This document shows, piece after piece, positions 53,732 through 64,000 of a stretch of 64,000 bases of DNA. The translations under genes were made by a program, and so were the position numbers. The stretch comes from Trypanosoma brucei (Eukaryota). Location: the NCBI GenBank assembly GCA_000002445.1, contig CM000208.1:3552001-3616000 (forward strand), written 5' to 3'. Within the stretch, counting starts at the first letter, position 1. Every line of letters begins with the position of its first letter. Under the pieces are notes generated by a model, which saw only the letters and a program-made list of their open reading frames with translations, ran no database searches and was not told the origin of the DNA.

Positions 53732-55300
53732 ATGGGGGGAGGCGCTTGCAAAATGGAGCGCCATGACGTGCAGCCGAGGGTTTCCAGTAGTCGGGTCAGC
53801 GATTGCTCCACGCCCAGGCAACAGGGAGTTACTTCCGATTCAAGTGAAACCGTTAAAAAAGAAGAGGAACAGCAACAACAACCGATTCTTATACCAAGAC
53901 AACCTTTGGGACCAGGAGCTACCACACCGCCACGGCCAATGGGTGTTGTTAAAATTGGTGACCCACTGGATATTAGAAGTGGTGTCGGAAGCCCACAATG
54001 TGATGTAACTCTGACAACAAACAACACTTGGAACCACTCAACCTCGGCCTTCACTACGAGGTTACCCCATTTTGTGAACACGGAGGGATTTGATGCCTCC
54101 ACAGGTGTTAGGTGGACGGACAACGATACGGCACCAAACCGTCCTCGATCCCGTCGAACATCTATACTAGTAGAAAAGGAAAGTGCGGCTTATCATAACG
54201 GTTATCCTGCTACATATGATGGTGACAGGCACCAGCGGAGTTACTCTCGTGGAGGAAGTTGGTACAAAAATGCCGAGAACAGTGTTTTCCTCCGTTCCAC
54301 TGATATGCCGTCCTTTGCTGGGAATAGCGCACGTTACCCTGGTGATGAGAATAGGAACAAGTCGTTTGCGTCGGCTGCAAATAGTTCATACTTTTTTGGT
54401 GCCAGTTGCAGCCGTCGGAGCGTTGCCCGCAGCGGGACTTGCGTCGTGAACCTGGCAGAAAGCACGAAAACTTTGAGAGGGGCGATGGCAACCTTAAGAA
54501 AGCATGTTCAGCAGGGAGCGAAACCTCTGTCATTGCGAAGTTCATATCGGGATGTTGGTGGTTCCATGGGTTGCTCTTATAATGACGACGTCCCCAGGTC
54601 GAGACTACCGAGCATTTTTACTGCTAACAACGCTATTACGCCTGCACCGGATGGGTCAATGTATGGTGAGTATAATGCATTTAATCGTGATTATGATGCT
54701 CCGGGGGTGTTGGGTGGTGGAAGGGGCGCGATGTTCCCCAACGTTCCCATCAATGGAGGTTTTAAAAAGTCTTCTGTACCCGCGCCACATGTGGGTTCCT
54801 TGTTAGAGTTAGTGGACACTTCTACCGTTTCAGTGTTTGCAGCGGATTCGCGTGCGGAAAGTACGGACGATGCGAATAAGCAACAGCTGCGACGAGTGGC
54901 AAACAATGTGGGGTGCAGTCCTGTTGTAAAGGTCGCATCACCTCCGCGGCAGGCTCAGAGAAATTGTAGGGTTGTTGTTCGGGAGGATTTGGATGGTGTG
55001 GAGTGGCACACAAAAAATGTCGAGTTCCCCGTAGTTGGTAGCGATGAAGGAAACAAAAGTCGCGAAGTTAGCACCACGTTTGCATTGCCCGGATCAATTT
55101 GTACATTTGGGGCCACTACTGACGTAAGTGAAGATAGTGGTCCACGCGGTTGGGTTGGCGTTGGGGGGGATTTTGGAGTTAGTAGTAGTGATTGGTATGC
55201 ACGGCAACGCAGTAAGTTAATGTCTGATGAGTCCGACGTAAACTCTAAGGATGGTGCAGGTGAAGTTGATTCCAGTGGTGACGCCGCGGAAGAGATGTAG
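53732..55300 (+). CDS. Hypothetical S/G/N-rich low-complexity protein (522 aa). N-terminus MGGGACK could be N-myristoylated and palmitoylated.
   Basis: ATG-initiated ORF on the coding strand in an otherwise gene-poor 8.7 kb stretch. Gly2 and Cys6 match the dual-acylation pattern of trypanosomatid flagellar membrane proteins (calflagin/HASPB-like MGxxC). No other domain. Confidence 0.45.
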   Translation: MGGGACKMERHDVQPRVSSSRVSDCSTPRQQGVTSDSSETVKKEEEQQQQPILIPRQPLGPGATTPPRPMGVVKIGDPLDIRSGVGSPQCDVTLTTNNTWNHSTSAFTTRLPHFVNTEGFDASTGVRWTDNDTAPNRPRSRRTSILVEKESAAYHNGYPATYDGDRHQRSYSRGGSWYKNAENSVFLRSTDMPSFAGNSARYPGDENRNKSFASAANSSYFFGASCSRRSVARSGTCVVNLAESTKTLRGAMATLRKHVQQGAKPLSLRSSYRDVGGSMGCSYNDDVPRSRLPSIFTANNAITPAPDGSMYGEYNAFNRDYDAPGVLGGGRGAMFPNVPINGGFKKSSVPAPHVGSLLELVDTSTVSVFAADSRAESTDDANKQQLRRVANNVGCSPVVKVASPPRQAQRNCRVVVREDLDGVEWHTKNVEFPVVGSDEGNKSREVSTTFALPGSICTFGATTDVSEDSGPRGWVGVGGDFGVSSSDWYARQRSKLMSDESDVNSKDGAGEVDSSGDAAEEM

Positions 55301-56552
55301 GCAAAAGAGTAGCAGAGGTGATTAATTTCTCCTACTTGGGTTCCATTTTATTACCATTATTAATTTAGGAACAACTAAATATTAACGAAATAAAGGAAGA
55401 AAACAAAAAAGAGAACGAAAAAAAAGAAAAAGAAAGAAAGAAGATAAATAAAGGGGACGTGGGAGAGCAGAAGAAAAAAAAAGGAAAAGCAAAAGGAAAA
55501 GAAGCTAGAAAAGTAATGGTGCCCATCACATGATGGCAAAAAGGGAAGTGTGTACGTGCCAATGTGGAGGTGAGGGAAGTGAACTGATCCTTTACTTTTG
55601 TCGCGCAGTTGTTATTATTGTAAGGGTTGACTATCATTATTTTTATTGGTGTTATTGTTACTATTATCATTTCAACGAGTAAAGTGAACGATCAGCAAGT
55701 GAATAAGCACGAGCAAGTAACCATTAATAATTATATTGCATACAGTTGTACAATTATGTGTGTAAATGTACCTGTGTGTACGCGTTTTTTTTCCCCCTTT
55801 ATGCTTGTATGTTCGAATCCGGGGATTTAAGTTGTTGTTTTTGTTGTTGTTGTTGGGGTTTTCAAATGTTGTGGGGGATTTCTTCTTCACTCCTCTTCTT
55901 CTTTTTTTTTCTACTTTTACGTTTGGAAGCTCGGCGATACAGAACGCAGAACTTTTCCTTTTTTTTTTTGGTTTAATGCTTATTATTGGTACTGCTGCTG
56001 CTGTTGTCGCTGTTGTTGTTCATTCTAGTCAACATCCTCTCTCAATCGGCCCTTTCCCGTCCTTTCCATGTTATTTTCATTATTTCCACCGCAGTCGCCA
56101 CCATCGTGTTTTCGATTCCCCATCCCTCTTTCTCTCTTTCTTTCCTTTCATTTTTTTTGTTATTATTACTGTTTTCATTGTTATTGTCTCTGTTGCTGGC
56201 CCTTATTAATCGCAATTGTTACTCTTCTTTTCACCTCCATCCCCCTCTTTTTGTGTGTTGTGTGTTTGTATGTGTTTGGCTGTTGTAATTTGTTTGTTTG
56301 TTCTTTTTTCACCTCCCTCCTTCCAACCCCGCATCTTATATTTCGGGTGTCGGGACTGCAACTTCTTGAAAATACCTTTTTTTTTTAATTTTTTACGTTT
56401 GTCGTCGTTCTTTTGCCTCCCTTTTTTTTTTCCTCACTTCGGTGATACTTCCTCCCTTCCTTCCCTTTCTTTTTCCCTTTCTTTTTTGTTTTTGTATGTG
56501 TCTTATATCCCACTTTTTTTCTTTTTTGAGCAGCAAAATAAAAAAAGAAACA

Positions 56553-56557
56553 CATAA

Positions 56558-56600
<43 letters not shown>

Positions 56601-56601
56601 A
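56553..56601. repeat. Compound (CA)n(TA)n microsatellite. A second (TA)n lies at 56675-56698.
   Basis: aacacacacacacacacacatatatatatatatatatatatatataatg. Confidence 0.9.
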
Positions 56602-58347
56602 TGATAATAATAACAACGGAAACGATGATGGTGATAATATGTATAGGTGTGGATGTATATGAGGATGTATGCGTACATATATATATATATATATATATGC
56701 ACGGGGGGTTCTGAAAAGGATATAAAAAAAAACGTAGAGGCGTCATAATTTGAGTTTACTTTTTTCTGTTTTTTGAAAGGGTTTCGTCTTATTGTTTCGT
56801 ACTTTTTAAAATATCATGGTAATATGGGTAAGGAGGAAGTTTTTTTTTTTGTTCAAAAATTAACATTATGTCCGACGGTGTGTGGTTTGTGGTGCGATTG
56901 TTGTCTGTTTCGTCCGCGGTGTGCGATTTGGGGTTTGAGGGAAGCAAAAAAAGAAAAGATTTGAAATAAAGGAGGGTGTAATTTCCCACTATGGTGACGT
57001 TATTGTTGTGGGTTTTATCAGATGATTGTTTATTATTACCATTATTAGTATTACTATTACTACTACTTTCCACTGTTTCGCTTTTCTTTTTTTTCCTTTT
57101 TCCTTTTTTTTAAAAATTCTATTCCCCTCCCTTGCATCAGTTTCGATGATTAAACACTTACGTTTTGATCACAAATTTTGTGTGAAGCTTCCTCTCTTTG
57201 ACTTTAGTTTTTTTTTGTTTTTGGCGCTCCCATTTGATTTGATCTCTCTTTTTAAGTTTCGGTTTCCCACTCTGTCACCTTCTCCCCTCCCTTTAAATCC
57301 TCACTTTAGTCTTTTGTTGTATTCGGGTATCCATGTTGCGCTACGCCCAGCTGTTTGGAATATTACTTCGGAAGATGAAAAGTTCGGTTTATTTATTTAT
57401 TTATTATTTTTTTTTACGTTCTTTCTTTCTTTCTTCGACATGTTTGTTTTTTCCTATTCTCGAAATCAAAGGCATCACCAACACCACCACCACCAGCAGA
57501 ATTAAGTGAACACATCCGCGAGTTACTGCCATGTGTTAATCCCTTTGCCTTTCTACCCTTCGATGATTTTAAAAAAAAAATTTCCCTTTCGTTTCATGTT
57601 TTTCATCTATATTTTCTTATTCATCCCTTTCTTTCTTTCTTTCTTTTTTCTTTCTTTTTTTCATCCCTTTACATATATAAATAAATAAATATATATATAT
57701 ATATATATATATTTGAGATGTCTTCTTCCCTCGTATCCTCTGTTGCCCTCATTTTACGCGTCCAGAAACTTCCATCATGAGGTGTGACTGCTTTCTTTCT
57801 CCTTTTTGGTGTTAATATGTCTTCAATTCCCTTATAACTTATTGTAATGTTAATTTACCATTCAAAAGGGTTGAAAGATAGAGGGAATGTGTTTTGTTTC
57901 TGTGATATCCTGCTTTAAATTTTTGTCTTTTAATATCTTATTAAGCTTTCTACTCTCTCTCTTTTTCTTTTTTTTCTTTTTGTCCCCCTCCTTTAAAGTT
58001 TTTTCTCGCATATTTTCTCTTGTCCCGTCATCTTTTTGTGCTGTGGTTGTTGGGTGCCGCACATTTTTATGCATACCTCGTTGATGCGGTGATGAAATGC
58101 TGACTTTTTTTTTTTAAAAAAAAGAATCTATCGCGAAGGAGGCTCGATATGTTTGTTGGTTCATCTGTGTGTAAACACATAAATATGTCTTTTTATGCAT
58201 GATTGCCATCAATTTGTTCGTTTCTTTGTTTGCTCGGTTTGTTTTCGTTACTTTTTGTTGTTCCTCATCAACCCGTGTTCCCTCCTTCCGTGAAGGTGGT
58301 TTTAATCTGTTTGTGAATCCGTTTTGTTTCTGTGTGTTTGTGTGTCT

Positions 58348-58392
58348 TTGTTGTTGTTGTTGTTGTTGTTGTTGTTTTGTTTTGTTTTGTTT
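58348..58392. repeat. (TTG)9 followed by (TTTTG)4.
   Basis: ttgttgttgttgttgttgttgttgttgttttgttttgttttgttttt. Confidence 0.9.
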
Positions 58393-59310
58393 TTTTGTGT
58401 CATCTCACTTCATCTCCTTCCCCATTTTTTGTCTTTCCATTATGCATGTGTACTTACATTGCGTATTCTTTTTTTTTTCCCCCTCTTCCTTCTTCTCTTC
58501 AGCTCTCGTACTTTTTGTCTTATTTCCTCTTTCCTTCGCTACATTCTGTTTTGGGGTCTGCAGCTGCCAAACATATATATATATATATGTTTTATTTATT
58601 TAAATGGTGTTACATTTCCCGCTGCTTCTTTACGAGCATTCAAAACTCTTCTCTTTTTCTTCTCCCTCTCTTCTCCACTTAATCCGTCTATAAATCTGCT
58701 TCTTCATGTATTTAGGCGTTTACCGGCTTCCCTTCAGTGGTTGCACCTCCTTACCCCACCAAAAAAAAAAAATGATTTTGGGATCGGAGAGGTTTAAAAG
58801 GTTGAAGGGAGACGGTGGGAAGAGGAAAGAGGAAGACAAACAGACAAACAAACAAATGCTCAAATATATAAAGAAAAGTACAAGGGACAAAATGTTAGTA
58901 GCGGTGGTGGCACGAGGAGATAATAAAAGAGGGGAAACCCTTCCGAATCGGAGATACGAGATGGAAATTAGGAAGTGCCACACACGCCGGAGAGCATCAG
59001 CGTAACAAAACGTGATGTCACTAATGCAGTAAGCAGGAATTAACCAGCCAAGCAGCCAGGACTGAATTACCAGAGGAAGTCCCAATAACAACAAAAGGAA
59101 ATTAAAACATTTGGTCATATATATACGCTTGTTTGTTGTATCTACTTCCCTCAGCTGGCGCTTCCTTTTTTTTTTTGGTGCGTGTGTGTGTTTTTGGATA
59201 GTCTCGTGAGCAGGTTTGTGAAAGTAAGTTTACTTTGAGATGCCCATTCTTGGTACAAATTATTATATTCTATTTGCTGTGACAGTTTGGACTATTACAC
59301 CTACTTGACC

Positions 59311-59360
59311 CGATTTTTTCCCTCTCTCTCTCTCTCACTACGACCCTTGTTTGTATTTAA
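59311..59360 (+). promoter_or_regulatory. Polypyrimidine/(CT)n tract upstream of the WD40/Sfi1-like gene: candidate trans-splice signal.
   Basis: cgattttttccctctctctctctctcactacgacccttgtttgtattt, followed by a (CA)n run and an AG before ATG 59466. Confidence 0.4.
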
Positions 59361-59465
59361 ATTCACATCCGCATTTATGCGTGCACACACACACAAACAC
59401 ACACACACACATACAAACATTCATTTAAGCATACCTGTGCGGCTCTCGGCCAAACATAACGCCAG

Positions 59466-62400
59466 ATGACGTATAAGGAAGTCGCGCTTTCGTCTCAGTT
59501 AAATGGTGTGTTCCACTGTGCCGCAGTTGTTACCCTTCGAACAGCACCGGCAGACACGCTTCACCACCCGGTGTCGAGCAGTGGGACACACAAGCAAGTT
59601 CCTGATGGAGGTGTGAAATGTGAGGAACTCGAAGGAGATAATCGCCGTAGCCGCAGCCCTTCCATAACTGTTTTCACAGTTTTAAACCCCAAAGCGGCGT
59701 CGTCTTCTCTGCAAGTCCGCCAACTCCCCCAACAACCCCCAGAGGAAATGCGTTGCACGCTGTGGGTAGGAGCAAGTAGCGGTGATATTGAGGTGCGGTC
59801 GGCGGTACAACCTGACCGTGTACTTCGTTTTGTACCAAAAAAGTCGCGGGCCGTTGTTACTTCACTCATTCAAATTGGTTCTAGCCGCGTGGTCGCCGGC
59901 CTTTCCGATGGGTATATTCGTGTATTTGACGCCGTCACGCTGTGCGAGTATCAGCAGACGCGAGCGCACACGTCTGCTGTCAGGTGCCTGATGGCCGTGG
60001 CAACCCCAATAGTACAAGGAGTTCAACCAGAATGTGAATTTACACCTGCCCCAGTTTTCCTGACGGCGTCTTCCGATCGTACAATAGCAAAGTGGGATGC
60101 TGTATCCTTACAGTGTCTCTGTAGGCTGAAGGGACACACGTGTTCCGTTTCAGCATTAGTGTCGACACTTAACGGTGTCTTTGTTTTTAGCGGTGCTGAC
60201 GATGGGTCGCTGCACATGTGGTCGATGGTCGATAATACACAAGTGGTGGGGAGGCCCACTACCGTTGCCAAGAGTGCGGGTAAAAAAAAGCGAACTGGAA
60301 AGGACCTTTTAGGACCTTCTCCTCATCGACAAAAGTCACAATTACCGAAATGTAGCTTGGAGGAACCTCAAGTAAAACAAACGAGCCAAGCGAGCGGTCG
60401 TGGAGCTTCTCAGGCCAGGCCGGGGAAGTGTCGTACGAGTAGGTCCGCTTCCGTAGGAATAATGAAGGTGCGGAGCCTGCTGCGCTCGCCTTCTATCGGA
60501 AGCCCTCAAAGGCATCGGGTTGACGGAGGGGGAACAGGGCGCTCGCGTTCAATTGCAGCCATGCAAAGACATGGTCTCTTGCCAAAAATTAACTGGGGAA
60601 AAGATCTTGCGTTGCCTACCACTGCCGCTAGGGCACCAAATACTGCCACGAGGGATTCTGACAGTGACAGGCAATTTGATGGAAGTTCAGATGACGAAAA
60701 CCTGTTGACTGCGGAGCCTGTTATACCTGTCGATGGCCAAGGCTCAGCAGTTTTCTGTCGGAGTGGGCGAAATGTTGGTGATGGTGTGGGCGCTCCGCGA
60801 GAGGGAAGGAAAGGTCGAGGCAAGCTGAAAAAGAAATCTGCGCAGCAAGTGCAGGTGTCACGCTTCGCGGATGTACTCGCAAAGCTTCAAGGCCCTGTTT
60901 CTGATAGCGCGATGGGTTGCCGCCTGGCGGCGGTGCATTCGGAGCCTGTTGCATCTGGAATAGAGGGTGGTACCCTCCTTTGGCCATTGAAGTGTGAGCA
61001 CGCTAAGCGGATTACTCACCTGGCCATTGTTTGGGACCGGTTTTTGCTAAGTGGGTCGTCTGATGGTGAAGTCAAAGTTTTAGCTCTGCCTTCTGGCCGA
61101 TCAATTCGCACTGTCCACAGAGGTTACACTCCTGTGACAGGTATGACTGTCGATAACGCTCGTTGTTTGCTGTGGATTGCAACAGCGGATGGCTGCTTTC
61201 ACGTGCACAATATGTTGACTCCGGATTTGCAACAACTGCATGCATGGCGAGACCTCAGCACTCCACGACCCCTTTTAGTACCAATGACAACGAATCGCTT
61301 GTTATGTCAGCTTTATCTACTGGCAGCACCTGGAAGTAAGAAGAAGTTGTTTGACAGTCGTAGTGCTGGAAACAAGATCAAGCCAAAGATCAACTTGGAA
61401 AGTAGAAATATCAATTGTAAACGGAAGAAGACGGGACAAGTAGCCCCTACCGACCAAGGAGCCCAGTCTGGGTTAGTTGAACCTGAAGAAGCGGTTCAAG
61501 CGCCGCCTAACGCAACATTGGCGTGTATTCAGGTGGATGATGGGGACGATGAGGCACTGGCCGATATAGGTTCGCTTCGCAAGTTGGACGTTGCTCATAT
61601 GAAAGCGCGCTGTACAATCGCCAAAATGGAATCGAAAGAGGAAGTGTTCCGTAGGGTATTGCGCCGACCTGTAACCGACGATGGCATGGAGTTGCGTGAG
61701 TGTTTGTTAAAGGAGCAAACACGCGTTGTCAACGCCTTATATGGTACTCGCTTTCATTTTTCTCTACGGGATTCGTTTAGGCGCTGGATGGCCTGGTCAA
61801 CGCGGCGCGTTAGACGGTACCAATGTATGCGAAGGGTGCGGTTTCTGGCGGCAACTAATCAGGAGCGCCTACTCGGCTGCTATTTTAGGAAATGGAGGCG
61901 GCACCGTGTCTCACAGAGACTTGTAGAGCAAGACGTGCAGATAAGATCGTTGGAGTCTCGTTCCTTCAGTACAACGGTGGAGCGCTGTGCGAAACCTTGT
62001 GGTGTGGCTCTTGGTGGCAGGGCATGCGTCGCCCTCGCAAGCACACAACGGCGCAACCTGCTGCATCGTTACTACAGATACTGGCTTCATCACGTCGTAG
62101 GTTTACGGCAGGCGCTGTCGCGTTCTGTGGCCTTCAACCGTTTGTTCCTCTCGTTTGACTCCAAAGTGTGTGACAGTGCCTTCGTGTTCCGTCGGTTAGC
62201 AACGACCAACCAGTGCGCACAACGACAAAAGCGGGCGCTACAACTGCTGCTGCTGCGGATGGAGGCTCACTACCGTCAACTGCAGCACCGCTGTATGCGA
62301 AGGTGGTTTTCCTTTCTCCAGGATCAAAGAGAGTCGCGGCAGACATACAATCTCGTGGAAACGCTCACATCTGTGTTAGTCAATGGGGAGGCACTTAGGA

Positions 62401-64000
62401 TGAGTGCCTACTTCAAGTGGTATAGGTTCGCATTGTTTGAAACAAAGCTTCACCGCTTTGATGAAGAGCGCGCGACGCTGCAGCGGGAGTGGATCGTTGT
62501 GCAGAACGCACTAGAAAGTAAGGAAACCGTGGCTAACCTGAAGCAGGAAGAGGTGCAGTTGGAGGTTGAAATTGCCCAGTTAGCATATGAGCGTGATGAA
62601 ATAGACTCACAGAATGTCTCGCTTCGTGCGGATATTGTACACATCCAAATGAGCAAGTCTCTTGACTGTATTCTCGCCGGGTACGTTGACGCGGAGGATA
62701 AACTGAAGACAGTTCCGCGGTTATTACCGGAACCTCCATTTCACAGCCGCCGTTTGTGGACTTCCAGCGGCGAGCGGTTTTCCCCTGTGAATGAGGATGA
62801 CTCGTCTGCTGAGGCAGCGTTACTCAGTCAGCTGTCCGCCGTGTTGCGCGCACTCAAAGCTACGGTTTTACGTTGTAGGCGGCACTGTAGTCTTATCACG
62901 ACATCCCATGACCGGGTGCTGCGAATTCCTATTTGGGACAAGCCGGTTGAAACGCGAGAGTGGAGCTCCGGAGTTTCACATTCATCCGTTGGCGGCGATT
63001 CGTCGGCCCTCCACGGAACGTCAGGGGCTTCTTTATCAGACACACGCTATTCGAGTGAGCGCCGCAGGAGCATCGCCAGCTCCACTCATACGGTGGCGTA
63101 CCTAGCTGATGAGTTTGGTCGAACTGTGGGACGTCTTCGTTTGCTTATTGAGGAGGTCGCCAGACAAGCCGGTGCTGATCTCGAGGAGTCGACGGACCAA
63201 ACCCTGTCCGCCTTCTTGAAACACAAGAATTCCATTGGTATGGGCAGTGAGAGCATTCGGGTGATAAACGCAGAGTGCCCGTCAGTGGAGTGGCTGAATT
63301 TTGTCCCCTCCACCAAACGAGCAGAGATCCTTCCGCTCCTTGCGGATTTGGTGACCATGTATGACTCGTTTAAAGCGCATAGCGATACTGAAATAGAGAC
63401 AGGCGGGAAGACATTGTCAACTAGGGGTGCGCTCACATCTGCACCACTGCCGCTGCGGAGTTTGTGCCGGACGCAAGCGGCGATGTGGCTGGTCCGCCAT
63501 TCCGCCGTAATATTGGAGTTAATGGCACCGGGCACATGGGAAAAGCATTTAAATGTGTGGTTTTTAGCGGATTCGATGAAGGATTCGGTGGCGCTGTTCA
63601 ACCAAAATCTGGACGTAGGGTTGGCAACACCAAAGCGAACGAAAAAGAAGGAGTCATCAGCCGAACTGAAGGACACTTCTTCAATCCTGTCAGACATCTC
63701 CTTCCAGCCATCAAAGGCAGTTGTGAAGGAGAAACGCAAGAAAATTCCCAAGACTGTTGCTAGTGGTAAGGGTACCCCTAGAAAGGCGTCTTCAGTTTCC
63801 TCCCCCATCACGTCACAGCCTAGTGTGGAGAGCACACCCGTAAGATTATGGGCGTCACCCAAAGCGGCGATTGTTCAGCCACAGCGAAAGCCTGCCGTAT
63901 CCTGTAGCAACCTCCACTCTCCGGTTAGCCGCAGCGTGTGTGGACCTCTGGATGGTGAGTTTGTTGTACATGCAGCGCAACGCTCTAATTCGGTTCCCCT
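59466..64000 (+). CDS. 5' portion (at least 1511 codons, 3' end outside the window) of a large WD40-repeat protein with central Sfi1-like (LLxxx[FY]xxW[KR]) repeats and a coiled coil. Candidate centrin-binding basal-body or centriole protein.
   Basis: I translated it by hand from the ATG at 59466 (an in-frame TAA lies 9 nt upstream) and found no stop to position 64000. It is absent from the ORF track because it is unterminated. WD motifs GHTCSVSALV...SGADDGSLHMWS and LSGSSDGEVKVL. Repeats FRRWMAW, LLGCYFRKWRR, LLHRYYRYWLH, CMRRWFSF, AYFKWYRF spaced about 35-40 aa apart. Coiled coil LKQEEVQLEVEIAQLAYERDEIDSQNVSLRADIVHIQ. Confidence 0.7.
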   Translation, partial: MTYKEVALSSQLNGVFHCAAVVTLRTAPADTLHHPVSSSGTHKQVPDGGVKCEELEGDNRRSRSPSITVFTVLNPKAASSSLQVRQLPQQPPEEMRCTLWVGASSGDIEVRSAVQPDRVLRFVPKKSRAVVTSLIQIGSSRVVAGLSDGYIRVFDAVTLCEYQQTRAHTSAVRCLMAVATPIVQGVQPECEFTPAPVFLTASSDRTIAKWDAVSLQCLCRLKGHTCSVSALVSTLNGVFVFSGADDGSLHMWSMVDNTQVVGRPTTVAKSAGKKKRTGKDLLGPSPHRQKSQLPKCSLEEPQVKQTSQASGRGASQARPGKCRTSRSASVGIMKVRSLLRSPSIGSPQRHRVDGGGTGRSRSIAAMQRHGLLPKINWGKDLALPTTAARAPNTATRDSDSDRQFDGSSDDENLLTAEPVIPVDGQGSAVFCRSGRNVGDGVGAPREGRKGRGKLKKKSAQQVQVSRFADVLAKLQGPVSDSAMGCRLAAVHSEPVASGIEGGTLLWPLKCEHAKRITHLAIVWDRFLLSGSSDGEVKVLALPSGRSIRTVHRGYTPVTGMTVDNARCLLWIATADGCFHVHNMLTPDLQQLHAWRDLSTPRPLLVPMTTNRLLCQLYLLAAPGSKKKLFDSRSAGNKIKPKINLESRNINCKRKKTGQVAPTDQGAQSGLVEPEEAVQAPPNATLACIQVDDGDDEALADIGSLRKLDVAHMKARCTIAKMESKEEVFRRVLRRPVTDDGMELRECLLKEQTRVVNALYGTRFHFSLRDSFRRWMAWSTRRVRRYQCMRRVRFLAATNQERLLGCYFRKWRRHRVSQRLVEQDVQIRSLESRSFSTTVERCAKPCGVALGGRACVALASTQRRNLLHRYYRYWLHHVVGLRQALSRSVAFNRLFLSFDSKVCDSAFVFRRLATTNQCAQRQKRALQLLLLRMEAHYRQLQHRCMRRWFSFLQDQRESRQTYNLVETLTSVLVNGEALRMSAYFKWYRFALFETKLHRFDEERATLQREWIVVQNALESKETVANLKQEEVQLEVEIAQLAYERDEIDSQNVSLRADIVHIQMSKSLDCILAGYVDAEDKLKTVPRLLPEPPFHSRRLWTSSGERFSPVNEDDSSAEAALLSQLSAVLRALKATVLRCRRHCSLITTSHDRVLRIPIWDKPVETREWSSGVSHSSVGGDSSALHGTSGASLSDTRYSSERRRSIASSTHTVAYLADEFGRTVGRLRLLIEEVARQAGADLEESTDQTLSAFLKHKNSIGMGSESIRVINAECPSVEWLNFVPSTKRAEILPLLADLVTMYDSFKAHSDTEIETGGKTLSTRGALTSAPLPLRSLCRTQAAMWLVRHSAVILELMAPGTWEKHLNVWFLADSMKDSVALFNQNLDVGLATPKRTKKKESSAELKDTSSILSDISFQPSKAVVKEKRKKIPKTVASGKGTPRKASSVSSPITSQPSVESTPVRLWASPKAAIVQPQRKPAVSCSNLHSPVSRSVCGPLDGEFVVHAAQRSNSVP

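Noticed and set aside
55790-55830. GTTCGAATCC motif (the classic tRNA T-loop/T-stem sequence) at about 55808-55817
   Set aside because: The flanks (gcttgtat / ggggattta) cannot form a T-stem or the other tRNA arms. It is embedded in low-complexity intergenic sequence, so it is a chance match.
63086-63862. 258-aa ORF on the minus strand
   Set aside because: It lies entirely antisense to the unterminated + strand ORF, which runs for more than 1500 codons and carries WD40 and Sfi1-like motifs. It has no upstream signals on the minus strand and is almost certainly an antisense artefact.
1-64000. Prokaryote-style features (operons with RBS, CRISPR arrays, defence islands, integrons, IS elements)
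   Set aside because: The sequence is eukaryotic and kinetoplastid-like: long unidirectional gene array, polyY/AG trans-splice signals, IFT, CEP104 and kinesin genes. No direct-repeat/spacer arrays or transposase ORFs are present.

Overview
The window looks like nuclear DNA from a kinetoplastid, most like an African-trypanosome (Trypanosoma brucei-group) chromosome core, though I cannot confirm the species from sequence alone. All convincing protein-coding ORFs lie on the + strand and none has an intron. Each is preceded by a polypyrimidine tract plus an AG, the usual trans-splice acceptor arrangement. Intergenic and UTR regions are long and low-complexity, with (TA)n, (GT)n and (CAA)n runs and G10-13 homopolymers. 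This fits one directional polycistronic transcription unit, with no strand-switch region, tRNA, rRNA, VSG or retroposon that I can recognise. I call 16 genes. Several are cilium/flagellum or basal-body related: a CEP104 homologue, a C-terminal-motor kinesin-14 carrying a VHS-like N-terminal domain, IFT52, IFT80, and a calcyphosin-like EF-hand protein. A >4.5 kb open reading frame runs off the 3' end (WD40 plus Sfi1-like centrin-binding repeats) and is absent from the supplied ORF track because it has no stop inside the window. Other calls are a GNL3/nucleostemin-like circularly permuted GTPase with a degenerate P-loop, an EHD-family dynamin-like ATPase lacking the EH domain, lipoyl synthase, and a DYRK-family kinase with a DFS motif and a large activation-segment insert. 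Two diverged tandem paralogues combine a U-box with a CCCH zinc finger and sit inside about 11 kb of low-complexity sequence. Several ORF-track entries start at TTG or GTG; I give the first in-frame ATG downstream of the polypyrimidine/AG signal instead. There is no prokaryotic-style system here. The points most worth follow-up are the unusual domain combinations (VHS-kinesin-14, U-box-CCCH pair, pseudo-GTPase, WD40-Sfi1-like) and the recurrent GA-rich tracts directly 3' of stop codons.
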